30,155 bases of DNA. Source: Chthoniobacteraceae bacterium. GTDB lineage: Bacteria; Verrucomicrobiota; Verrucomicrobiia; Chthoniobacterales; Chthoniobacteraceae. Below, piece by piece: positions 1 through 7,810 of the stretch (its first letter is position 1; every line of letters starts with the position of its first letter). A program made the translations under genes and the position numbers. The stretch spans positions 1 through 30,155 of the forward strand of contig JBBCKI010000061.1 in NCBI GenBank assembly GCA_037190965.1. Reading direction: 5' to 3'. The notes under the pieces are model-generated. The model saw only the letters and a list, made by a program, of their open reading frames with translations. It searched no databases and had not been told where the DNA came from.

Positions 1-64
1 AATCCTCAAGGCTCTCCGGCAGAAGCTGGCGTTGCGAGCGGTCTACTCCGGCAATGAATCTCAT
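1..64 (-). CDS. IS1182-family transposase, N-terminal 21 codons only (partial)
   Basis: Manual translation from ATG at 64 gives MRFIAGVDRSQRQLLPESLED..., matching the typical IS1182 transposase start pattern (RFIxGxDRxQxxLxPxxLxD). Not in the ORF track because it is cut by the window edge. Confidence 0.72.
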   Translation of the reverse strand, partial: MRFIAGVDRSQRQLLPESLED

Positions 65-128
65 CGCCCTTCATCCTGATCTCCCTCTCTCAGGCTTTCA
101 ATGACGTAGGTGTGTTTTCACACAGTCT
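1..128 (-). mobile_element. Left end of an IS1182-family insertion sequence (continues off the left edge of the window)
   Basis: On the minus strand, AGACTGTGTGAAAAC (128..114) resembles IS1182-type terminal inverted repeats. It is followed by a possible promoter (TTGAAA 101..96, 17 nt, CAGGAT 78..73) and a transposase-like start at 64. Confidence 0.7.
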
Positions 129-269
129 CTCTGTTTGGGAACGCCCATGTCTTCGAAACTCCGGTTTCGCAAACCTATCCGTTCCGGAATCCTGCACAAG
201 ATGACAAGGCTTCGAATCAGAGATTCGCACCCAATGGCATTACCAATCTGGAGATTGGTAACGAGAAAA
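129..269. repeat. REP/REPIN-like palindromic element, family A, copy 1 (left palindrome broken by the IS)
   Basis: Contains half-hairpin TCTGTTTGGGAAC (130..142), hairpin CGAAAC-TCCG-GTTTCG (154..169), hairpin CGAATC-AGA-GATTCG (213..227) and hairpin TTACCAATCT-GG-AGATTGGTAA (240..261). Positions ~165..269 are the near reverse complement of 4223..4329. Confidence 0.8.
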
Positions 270-327
270 CCTCATGCGCGAGCCCATTCGCTTCAACATC
301 GGAGTTGGGGCTAAACCGGATTAAAGC

Positions 328-831
328 TCATGATGTGATCGTTTTGTTCACCAGCTTCTCCATTTTTTGATCCAACATCACACCCACCTTCTTCACGTTT
401 TCATCGTCGAATTGACCAAAAAGCGAAGAGGGCAGATCATATTCCAGGCGCGTAACGCCGTTTCGATCCTCCCAGATCAGGACCCGCAGCGGCGCGTAGA
501 GCGCCGCGCCCAGGTTGTGCTGAGTCATCTTCACTGCAAAAAGCGGATTGCCAATCACGTACTGGCTTGCCTTGCTGATGGGTTTGCCAGCCAACGATAA
601 TAGGAGACCGTGGGGTAGAACCGGTCCAAAGCGCATAAAGCCGCTGGAGCCTTCCATCGCTCGGATTTTCGATTCAACTTCTTCGGCATGCTTTTCCGGA
701 TCCTGAGCAAGAATATCGAGCACACCGGGGTCGTATGTCCCTAGTTGCTCCTCAAAGCGATGAATCGTCGTCGGGAAATCGTGATTGGATGATTCCACAA
801 GATGCCGGACCGAAAAAGTTGTCGTTTGCAT
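328..831 (-). CDS. DUF302 domain-containing protein
   Basis: Motifs ..QYVIGNPLFAVKMTQHNLGAALYAPLRVLIWED..TRLEYDLPSSLF are typical of DUF302. ATG at 831 follows AAGGA; an alternative GTG at 855 overlaps the ADH stop. Confidence 0.8.
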   Translation of the reverse strand: MQTTTFSVRHLVESSNHDFPTTIHRFEEQLGTYDPGVLDILAQDPEKHAEEVESKIRAMEGSSGFMRFGPVLPHGLLLSLAGKPISKASQYVIGNPLFAVKMTQHNLGAALYAPLRVLIWEDRNGVTRLEYDLPSSLFGQFDDENVKKVGVMLDQKMEKLVNKTITS

Positions 832-851
832 CGCGGTTCCTTGGTGACCCT

Positions 852-1865
852 TCACATCGTCAAAACCGCGCGGAAACGCGCCTTGCCGCTGTGCATCTGT
901 TCATAAGCCTCCGCAACTCGCTCCAACGGGAATTTCTCCACCATTGGATGCACCCCGCTCAGCGCGCTGAACTCCAGCGTATCCTGCGAATCCCGCGCAG
1001 TGCCGGAATACCAGCCTGCCACCGACCGTCTTCCCATGATCAACGGCATCACGCTGATCGTGAGCGGGTCCGCCGGGGCGGCGGGCACGAGTAGTTTGCC
1101 ATCGATTGCCAACCCATCCACCAACGCCGAGATCGCTTGGGCGTTCGGGGCTGTTGCCAGGATCACCCGTGCGCCACCGAGTTTTTGCAGCGCTGCCGCC
1201 CCATCGCCTCCGCCCGAGTCGATATAATGATGCGCACCCAATTTTCGCGCGAGCGGCTCCTTGTCCCTTCCTCGACCCATCGCTACCGTCACAAAGCCCA
1301 TCTGCCGGGCGTACTGAACTCCGAGATGTCCGAGCCCGCCGATCCCATGCACGGCCACCACGTCACCGGCGCGCGCCCCTGCGTGCCGTAGCGCGTTGAA
1401 AACGGTGACACCCGCGCACATGAAGGGTCCGGCTTCGTCCGCCGGCATGTCATCGGGAATCGCCGCCAGCGCCGCAACCGGCACGATCATATACTCCGCA
1501 TAGCCGCCGTCAAAATCGATGCCCGTTACCTTGCGGTTGACGCACATCGCAAAATCGCCACGTCGGCATGGTTCGCATTGGAAACAATGTCCACCATGCC
1601 ACCCCACGCCAACCCGCTGGCCGACGTTCCATCCGGTGACGTCATCGCCGAGAGCGTCAACCCGCCCGGCAATCTCATGCCCCGGGACGCGTGGATACTG
1701 AATGCCGGGCCATGAGCCGTCTTTAATAAAGATGTCGCTGTGGCAAACTCCACACGCCTCCACTTTCACGCGGACCTCGCCCGCGCGCGGCTCCCGAATT
1801 TCACGTTCGACGAGTTCGAGAGCCCCGCCAGCTCGTGTGACCTGCGCTGCACGCATTTTTTTCAT
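852..1865 (-). CDS. Zinc-dependent alcohol dehydrogenase (MDR superfamily, AdhP/CAD-like)
   Basis: Catalytic CGVCHSD and PGHEIAG motifs, structural Zn site CFQCEPCRRGDFAMC, and Rossmann motif GIGGLG; 337 aa. Confidence 0.95.
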   Translation of the reverse strand: MKKMRAAQVTRAGGALELVEREIREPRAGEVRVKVEACGVCHSDIFIKDGSWPGIQYPRVPGHEIAGRVDALGDDVTGWNVGQRVGVGWHGGHCFQCEPCRRGDFAMCVNRKVTGIDFDGGYAEYMIVPVAALAAIPDDMPADEAGPFMCAGVTVFNALRHAGARAGDVVAVHGIGGLGHLGVQYARQMGFVTVAMGRGRDKEPLARKLGAHHYIDSGGGDGAAALQKLGGARVILATAPNAQAISALVDGLAIDGKLLVPAAPADPLTISVMPLIMGRRSVAGWYSGTARDSQDTLEFSALSGVHPMVEKFPLERVAEAYEQMHSGKARFRAVLTM

Positions 1866-1914
1866 ACGTTCTTAGGAAACGTTTTTCACGAACGATCCGA
1901 TTGGCAGGTTTGCA

Positions 1915-2961
1915 TCACGCCTCTCGCGCCAACTCTGCCGTAAGAAGCGCCGCCGAGACTTCTCTGCAGCCGGTCGTATTCTGGCCCGCCCACAATGGGG
2001 TGAAGTCGTAGCGGCCCAAGCTTTCGGCTTTTGCTCGCAAGGGTGTGATGGCCGCAATGGCCAGAGGAAACTCCGGCGTGGAATTACTCATCGGTCCCAA
2101 CTCTCTTATGAGGCGGTTCATGATGCCCCGCGCGGGTCGTCCGGTGAAGAGGTTGGTGACCGCCGTTTCGCGCCGAGCTTCGCTCCTTAAGGCGGCCCGA
2201 TGTAATCCGCCGGTCGCGGCCTCCGTACATAGAAGGTAAGCAGTGCCGACCTGCACGCCCGCGGCCCCTAGCGCCATGGCGGCCGCAACGCCCTTCGCGT
2301 CGGCAATGCCGCCGGCGGCGATTACCGGAACCTTCACGGCCTCCACGATCTGCGGCACGAGCGCGAGCGTGCCGACTTGCGTATTGAGATCCTGAGACAG
2401 GAACATGCCGCGATGCCCGCCTGCTTCAAGCCCTTGCGCAATGATCGCATCGACGCCTCGTGCTTCCAGCCAAAGGGCTTCTTCCACGGTGGTCGCCGAG
2501 GACAGAATCTTTGCGCCCATGGCGCGGACTTGTCTCAGCAAGTCCTCGGAGGGCAGGCCAAAATGAAAACTCACGACGGCAGGCCTGAAGTCGCCAAGCA
2601 CCCGGGCCGCCTCGACGCTGAAGGGCGATCGCGCAGGTGCGGCCGGTATCGCGTTCGGATCAATTCCAAGCTCCGCAAAATAGGGCGCGAGCGCGGCACG
2701 CCACGCGGTCTCCCGCTCGGAGCTGGGCCTGGGTGCGGGATGGCAGAAAAAGTTGACGTTAAACGGCTTTGTGGTCTGCGCTCGAATGGCCTCCAACTCC
2801 TCGCGCATCGCGTCCAATCCGAGCGTGGCGCAGGGAAGCGAGCCGAGCCCGCCCGCGTTGGAAACGGCGATCGCAAGTGCGCTGCCCTGCACGCCGGCCA
2901 TCGGGGCTTGAATGATAGGCAACTGGATGCCCAGAAGCTCCTGGATGGAATATGCAGTCAT
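1915..2961 (-). CDS. Nitronate monooxygenase (2-nitropropane dioxygenase) family flavoprotein
   Basis: Motifs PIIQAPMAG, AVSNAGGLGSL, AQGLEAGGHRG, PVIAAGGIAD, GVQVGTAYL, TNLFTGRPARG and LWAGQ. Confidence 0.93.
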   Translation of the reverse strand: MTAYSIQELLGIQLPIIQAPMAGVQGSALAIAVSNAGGLGSLPCATLGLDAMREELEAIRAQTTKPFNVNFFCHPAPRPSSERETAWRAALAPYFAELGIDPNAIPAAPARSPFSVEAARVLGDFRPAVVSFHFGLPSEDLLRQVRAMGAKILSSATTVEEALWLEARGVDAIIAQGLEAGGHRGMFLSQDLNTQVGTLALVPQIVEAVKVPVIAAGGIADAKGVAAAMALGAAGVQVGTAYLLCTEAATGGLHRAALRSEARRETAVTNLFTGRPARGIMNRLIRELGPMSNSTPEFPLAIAAITPLRAKAESLGRYDFTPLWAGQNTTGCREVSAALLTAELAREA

Positions 2962-3143
2962 ATTGTTTGCTTGGAGAGAGCAGAGATTGACTCGATGACC
3001 TCGATTGTGGTCACAAGGGCACTGGCGTACTTTGGAGGATTGATGTCGAAAGCGGCGTGCATTTCTTCATCACAGTAATCTGCGGTCGCGTCTTTTACCA
3101 TCGTGACCTCGTAGCAAAGCTCGGCGGCATAGCGAACGGTCGC
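2958..3143 (-). pseudogene. C-terminal remnant of an isochorismatase-family cysteine hydrolase
   Basis: Manual translation: ATVRYAAELCYEVTMVKDATADYCDEEMHAAFDINPPKYASALVTTIEVIESISALSKQTI*. This fits the family pattern TxRxAxxxGYxVxxVxDA. It is preceded directly by an in-frame TAA and lacks the N-terminus and catalytic Cys. Its TGA overlaps the NMO ATG (ATGA). Confidence 0.8.
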
Positions 3144-3307
3144 TTAATGCAGGGAGGCGCGTAACGGGTCATCGGTAGAACTCTTCTCAGGAGTCGCGCA
3201 TTTCAAAACCCGGAAGCTTCCAGGTCCTTTGATTTGCGAGTATTACGCGAATTGGGGCGACGATAGCCGTGTTGAAGAAGCGCGCGGTGATCTTATCCGA
3301 TGCCGCG

Positions 3308-3739
3308 TTAAACGAGATTGATCGCGACATCAATGTTGCCGCGCGTGGCTTTCGAATATGGACACGTCTGGTGCGCTCCGTCGAGCAGCGCCTGGGCGAC
3401 TTCACGTTCCACCCCCGGCAGGCTGACATTAAGGCGCGCCTGGAGGGAGTACTCGCCGTCGGTGACGCAAAGGTCCACTTCCGCGTCAATGGCAACGTCC
3501 GCCGGAAGCCTTACCTTCTTTTTGGCGGCGACAAGCTTGATTGCGCTGAGAAAACAGCCCGACCAGCCTACGGCGAACAACTGTTCCGGATTGGTTCCAT
3601 TGCCCGGACCGCCGGGAAGCGAAAATTTGACATCCAGCCGGCCATCGGAGGTACGGGATGTGCCGCCTTCCCGGCCCCCTGTCGTATGGGTTTTCGCGGT
3701 GTATTGCACCTTCTTGAGCCGGGGGTCGGTCGCGCTCAT
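3308..3739 (-). CDS. ohr: Organic hydroperoxide resistance protein (Ohr/OsmC family)
   Basis: Motifs YTAKTHTTGGREG, GTNPEQLFAVGWSGCF and AHQTCPYSKATRGNIDV; both catalytic Cys are present. Confidence 0.93.
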   Translation of the reverse strand: MSATDPRLKKVQYTAKTHTTGGREGGTSRTSDGRLDVKFSLPGGPGNGTNPEQLFAVGWSGCFLSAIKLVAAKKKVRLPADVAIDAEVDLCVTDGEYSLQARLNVSLPGVEREVAQALLDGAHQTCPYSKATRGNIDVAINLV

Positions 3740-3879
3740 TGGATGAGTGTCCTCTTTTTTGATAGGATTGTGATGATGTCAGCGGTGCATCGTTTCCGTG
3801 GGCGTCGGCGGATGTAACAAAGCGAGAGTAGCGTGGACCGGCGACGGATTTGAACGTTCTCCGCAAAGCCGGTGATCAC

Positions 3880-4128
3880 TTAGCCTCGGTTGCCTTGCCG
3901 CTGTGAGCGTGGTCTTCCCTTCGCAAGTGCCTTCACAGAGCTGGTGGTAAGGGGACTACCCCCCACTCCCCAATCGCCGCTTTTGATCTCGTTGATAATG
4001 ACCAAGGTCATTGAACGCATGTTCTCGCCTTCGATCGACACCATGGTGTCGGTCAGTTTACGGACTATGTCGCGTTTTTGAGCTTGCGTGAAAACGCCTT
4101 CGATGAGGTTTACGCTAATTAACGGCAT
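3880..4128 (-). CDS. 4-oxalocrotonate tautomerase family protein
   Basis: Pro-1 after Met (MPLISVNLIEG), KRDIVRKLTDTMVSIEG, and terminal DWGVGG; 82 aa. Confidence 0.9.
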   Translation of the reverse strand: MPLISVNLIEGVFTQAQKRDIVRKLTDTMVSIEGENMRSMTLVIINEIKSGDWGVGGSPLTTSSVKALAKGRPRSQRQGNRG

Positions 4129-4222
4129 ATAAGTATGGTTTTGAGTTGGATTCGCAGTTCATGCCGCCGCTGCTCTTCCAACCTTGCCGCCATGGAAAGG
4201 GTGGAAATGGAGTCAGGCGATA

Positions 4223-4331
4223 TTTTCCTCGTTACCAATCTCCAGATTGGTAACGCCAATGTCCCCGAATCTCTGATTCGAAAGCCTTGTCATCTCGTGC
4301 AGGGTGCCGGAATGGACAGAGTTGCGAATCA
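4223..4331. repeat. REP/REPIN-like palindromic element, family A, copy 2 (inverted relative to copy 1, truncated)
   Basis: Hairpin GTTACCAATCT-CC-AGATTGGTAAC (4231..4254) plus CGAATCTCTGATTCG. Positions 4228..4253 are the exact reverse complement of 240..265, and similarity continues through the spacer. Confidence 0.85.
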
Positions 4332-4333
4332 GG

Positions 4334-5533
4334 CTATAGAAGGCGGCTCGTGACTTCAACCGGCACAAGTGTGCAGGAATCGTTACGAAACCACTGGTGC
4401 CGCCTCTGGGCGATGAAGTTGTAGACCTTGTCGCGGAGCGCCCGGGGCACCAACCATCCGATGTACGCTGCCATCGCCCAGATATCCCCAAGCGCCTCCA
4501 GTAATACTAGCGCAGCGTCCGAACGGGCAAAGATCCGTTGATTCCATTCTACCAGCATCGTCTGGGCTTCGCGGTTTCCGCTCTGCGCGCCCAGCCGCTG
4601 CCCGTGTTCGCTTTGGAGCGCTGTAAAGCGGATGAGGTTCTGTCGATCTTCACGCGCAAAAAAGCGAACCGCCTTGCTGCACATGAGGCAATCCCCATCA
4701 TAGGCCATTACTCGCAAGCCGTCCTTTGCCCGGAGCCATTCGGGGTCGAAAGTGAACGCATGGATCATCAGCATACCGACCGTCAAATCCGTGAAGTTCA
4801 CGACCAGGACGATTCCAAAGTGCATCGAAACAAGCGCCAGCCAAAGCCAAGGCCGGGCCGTTCTCCACAACGCAAGAGGCGCAAAGGTCAACTCGGCGGC
4901 CAACGTTCCCCAGGTAAGAGCCTTCAAAAGCGGTCCGGGCATTGCGATCATGAGGTCGCGAGCGAGACCTGGCCTGGCGAGAGGGTTCTGCAGGAGATAG
5001 CTTATGGCCGTGCCATCGATCCAACTGGGCGAGAACAGCTTGGTAAACCCGCTGAATGTGTAGCCTGCAGCCAGTAGAATCCAGGCAGTGCGGAAGACCC
5101 ACTTCGGCATTGCCCAAGAGTTGTTTCTCGAGCCGAAGCTCAGCGGTTCACCTCCGGGAACCAACAAAGACAAGAGGAGCAGCAATCCAACGTAGGGGAT
5201 GGACGGATTCGAGATGAGATTGTTGCGGTGAAACAGAGCCGTCCATCCGAACCAGAGAAGGATGGCCATCCAATTGCGCTTCCACCCCACCGTAAACAGC
5301 AGGGCACATCCCGCAAGCACCGCGACACTCCCCGTCACCAACCAACCGGGGAGATCAAGCGCGAGCGGGTTCGGAAACAATCCGGCGGTAAGATTCAACG
5401 ACGGATCTTTGAGGAGCCCGGAGGAACTGAACAGTTCCACCGCATACGGAGTCAGCTCAGCAAAATGAAATGCCAGGTAAAGTCCGAAAAGGATGCGAAA
5501 CAGCGTGAACTGCCAGGGAGACATCGGTTTCAT
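4334..5533 (-). CDS. HTTM-like multi-pass membrane protein fused to a C-terminal DCC1-like (DUF393) thiol-disulfide oxidoreductase domain
   Basis: About 8 hydrophobic segments with HTTM-like motifs (FRILFGLY, YTFSGFTKL..SWIDGTAI, TWGTLAAEL, MHFGI), then YDGDCLMC..DRQNLIRFTALQS..RDKVYNFIAQRRHQWF (DCC1). The start was moved to ATG 5533, which overlaps the upstream TGA. Confidence 0.8.
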   Translation of the reverse strand: MKPMSPWQFTLFRILFGLYLAFHFAELTPYAVELFSSSGLLKDPSLNLTAGLFPNPLALDLPGWLVTGSVAVLAGCALLFTVGWKRNWMAILLWFGWTALFHRNNLISNPSIPYVGLLLLLSLLVPGGEPLSFGSRNNSWAMPKWVFRTAWILLAAGYTFSGFTKLFSPSWIDGTAISYLLQNPLARPGLARDLMIAMPGPLLKALTWGTLAAELTFAPLALWRTARPWLWLALVSMHFGIVLVVNFTDLTVGMLMIHAFTFDPEWLRAKDGLRVMAYDGDCLMCSKAVRFFAREDRQNLIRFTALQSEHGQRLGAQSGNREAQTMLVEWNQRIFARSDAALVLLEALGDIWAMAAYIGWLVPRALRDKVYNFIAQRRHQWFRNDSCTLVPVEVTSRLL

Positions 5534-6000
5534 AGTTGGTTTGCTGAGTAGGTGAAAAGGCGCTGTGACTCGCCGGGACGCGGCACGATGAGAATCCTGA
5601 TTTCGCGTAGATCTTCGGGAACTTGCAGTTCCTTTCGCATCGGTGATCCCGGTGCAAGCGCCTCTACGAGCAGGGCTTGCCGCAATGCCTCGGGGAGGCG
5701 TGGAGCATATGCCAAGGCTGCCCCGTAAACATTTCGGCGATTGTACGGGCCGCGGATCTCCGAGTAGCATTCCGGATCGAGTTTTCGTTCCCAAGGCGTT
5801 CCGTCCTGCTGCGTTCCCGCAATGATGAACGTCGCCGCGAATCCTTCATACCCTTCCGCCTCACAAAACACCTTCGGGAAGGGTGCAATGCCGCTCGCAG
5901 CGCCAAGCCCCCTCACGATGCGTGAGCCCGTGAGATAACCAACCATCTGCATCGAGCCAATGGCCAGGAGAAGAATCGCCATCCAGTTTCTCGCTTTCAT
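5530..6000 (-). CDS. Hypothetical membrane-anchored/exported protein (156 aa)
   Basis: N-terminal hydrophobic segment (MKARNWMAILLLAIGSMQMVGY). ATGA overlaps with both neighbouring genes support a real gene starting at ATG 6000. Confidence 0.75.
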   Translation of the reverse strand: MKARNWMAILLLAIGSMQMVGYLTGSRIVRGLGAASGIAPFPKVFCEAEGYEGFAATFIIAGTQQDGTPWERKLDPECYSEIRGPYNRRNVYGAALAYAPRLPEALRQALLVEALAPGSPMRKELQVPEDLREIRILIVPRPGESQRLFTYSANQL

Positions 6001-6818
6001 GATGCACACCCGGTGGAAGTTTCTTTGCCGGTGTCTTTGGCTGAAGCCGCGCACGCCCAGCGTTTTCGGCAGCCAAAGCATGTCGGGGAAACCAAAGGAG
6101 GATTTTTGTGAACGTCCCGAAAGATGAGCATCTCACCGACACGTTGTTCCCTCTCGCTCGTAAAGCCGCAGCGGGCGGGTGATTCCTTCGGGTTCGCCAG
6201 AGTGCCGAAAAGCCAGTCCCAGATTGGAAGGTCCGCGTAATTTTGGCTGTGGTGCTGGAACTGGTGATGCACCCGGTGTGATTCCGGCCGTTGTATGATC
6301 CAGCCAACCCAGCGAGGGGTCCGGATATTCCAGTGGTAAAAGTACTCTGCCAGCGCGGTGAGGCCGGTGTAAATGGCGGCTGACTCAACCGAGCATCCGA
6401 GAAGGGCATAGACAAGCACGGCACTGATCATCGAGTTGATGCAGATTTCGACCGGATGCTTGTAGAAGCTTGCCAGCAACTCGATTCGCCGCGGCGAGTG
6501 GTGCAGTTGATGACACAAGCGCCAGAAGAAATTCGATTCGTGGCGGATCCGGTGCCACCCATAGTAAACCAGTGTTGATAGGAAATAGGCGACACACGCG
6601 GCGGGCACGGTGCCTAGGCTGTCGCTTAAATGAAGAAGGGAGGCGCTGGCGAGCCAGCGATCCCAGGTGACACCGGCCACAATCACAACGCCAAGCTGCG
6701 CCAGGTTTACCAGTGCGATCCGGAGCCACCATCCATCAACCTGAGGTAGCTTGTTTGCAGGCCAAAGCCGTTCAACAACGACCATCAGTGCCGCCACAAT
6801 GCCGAGTAGAAGAATCAT
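5997..6818 (-). CDS. Sterol desaturase / fatty acid hydroxylase superfamily protein
   Basis: His boxes YYGWHRIRH, HQLHHS, YFYHWN and HRVHH, with transmembrane segments and NYADLPIWDWLFGT. Confidence 0.92.
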   Translation of the reverse strand: MILLLGIVAALMVVVERLWPANKLPQVDGWWLRIALVNLAQLGVVIVAGVTWDRWLASASLLHLSDSLGTVPAACVAYFLSTLVYYGWHRIRHESNFFWRLCHQLHHSPRRIELLASFYKHPVEICINSMISAVLVYALLGCSVESAAIYTGLTALAEYFYHWNIRTPRWVGWIIQRPESHRVHHQFQHHSQNYADLPIWDWLFGTLANPKESPARCGFTSEREQRVGEMLIFRDVHKNPPLVSPTCFGCRKRWACAASAKDTGKETSTGCAS

Positions 6819-6874
6819 GCGCCGAGACTAGGCGATGGATCGGATTTCGAGTGAGTCGAAAAATATTGCAAAAA

Positions 6875-6891
6875 CATCGAGAAAATCGATG
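6875..6891. promoter_or_regulatory. Putative LysR (LTTR) recognition box
   Basis: Inverted repeat CATCGA-GAAAA-TCGATG containing T-N11-A (T6877..A6889) in the divergent intergenic gap. A second dyad, TTTCGA-GTGAG-TCGAAA, lies at 6845..6861. Confidence 0.6.
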
Positions 6892-6899
6892 ATCTCTCC

Positions 6900-7790
6900 G
6901 TGGCAAATCTCCCCCTGAATCTCCACCACCTGGAACTTTTCCATCATGTCGCGAAGGCCGGAGGCATCACCGCAGCGACCCGAACCATGGGATACGGCAT
7001 CCAGCAACCGGCAATCAGCGCCCAAATCTCGCAACTGGAGATGGAACTCGGCGTGCGCTTGTTTCAACGCAGGCCGTTCAAGTTGACGCCTGCGGGCAGG
7101 GAGTTGATCGAGTTTTTGTCCCCGTTCTTCGCAAGGCTGCCGGAGGTGGCAAATCGCATTTCGGGCAAAGCTTCAAAGAGCCTGAGGCTTGCGGCGCCAA
7201 CGACGGCAATCCGGGAACATCTTCCCGCTGTCATCGCAAAGATCCGGGAGCGGCAGCCCGATCTGGAGCTCTCGCTGGTGGATGCTTCGCAGAAGGGAAC
7301 GTTCCAGATGCTCGAGAACGAGGAAGTCGATCTGGCGATTGCCGAACTCGAAGGCAAGCCACCCTCTACGACCCGCTGCGAGGTGCTAGCAAGACTGCCG
7401 CTCGTTATCCTGCTCCCATCGGGCTGGGTTTGGCCGAAGGGAGGACTCCCGGCGCTGGCAAGGCAAGCGCCGTTGATCCGTCCCCCCGGCGACACTGCGG
7501 TGACCCGCCTGTTTCGGAAAGGCCTTACCAAGCGTTCATTTGATTGGCCATCCTCGATTGAGGTCAGCACGATTGATCTTGTGAACGCTTATGTGGAGCA
7601 TGGCTTCGGGTGCGGCCTGAGCGTCCGTGTGCCGGGGGTACCGTTCCCGAAAGGCCTTCAGGTGGTTCCGCTAACCAATTTTCCCGAGCTTGTCATTGCA
7701 GCCCTCTGGAGGGGTCGCCTTCATCCGCTTGCCGAGGCCGTCCTTGAAGAGCTGCGTGCGATCTCGAAGAACCTGGCGGGTCCGCTGTGA
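6900..7790 (+). CDS. LysR-family transcriptional regulator
   Basis: N-terminal HTH (LELFHHVAKAGGITAATR..QQPAISAQISQLEMELGVRLFQRRPFKLTPAG) plus a substrate-binding domain; divergent from the desaturase operon. Confidence 0.95.
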   Translation: MANLPLNLHHLELFHHVAKAGGITAATRTMGYGIQQPAISAQISQLEMELGVRLFQRRPFKLTPAGRELIEFLSPFFARLPEVANRISGKASKSLRLAAPTTAIREHLPAVIAKIRERQPDLELSLVDASQKGTFQMLENEEVDLAIAELEGKPPSTTRCEVLARLPLVILLPSGWVWPKGGLPALARQAPLIRPPGDTAVTRLFRKGLTKRSFDWPSSIEVSTIDLVNAYVEHGFGCGLSVRVPGVPFPKGLQVVPLTNFPELVIAALWRGRLHPLAEAVLEELRAISKNLAGPL

Positions 7791-7810
7791 GATAAACGCC
7801 TCACTCATCG

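Noticed and set aside
110..370. Short ORFs over the repeats (110..370, 4135..4353, 4213..4491, 25581..25796) with shared peptides such as TNLEIGNE
   Set aside because: The shared peptides are simply translations of the REP elements, not genes.
3740..3879. 140-bp gap between the tautomerase and ohr genes as a possible sRNA or OhrR operator
   Set aside because: I could not identify a clear dyad, an AT-rich OhrR-type box or a stable structure.
5534..5794. N-terminal extension of the 486-aa ORF in the track
   Set aside because: It overlaps the upstream gene in another frame; ATG 5533 gives an ATGA coupling and starts at the first TM region.
7791..7810. Intrinsic terminator between the convergent LysR and vWA genes
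   Set aside because: The gap is only 20 nt and has no convincing hairpin plus U-tract.
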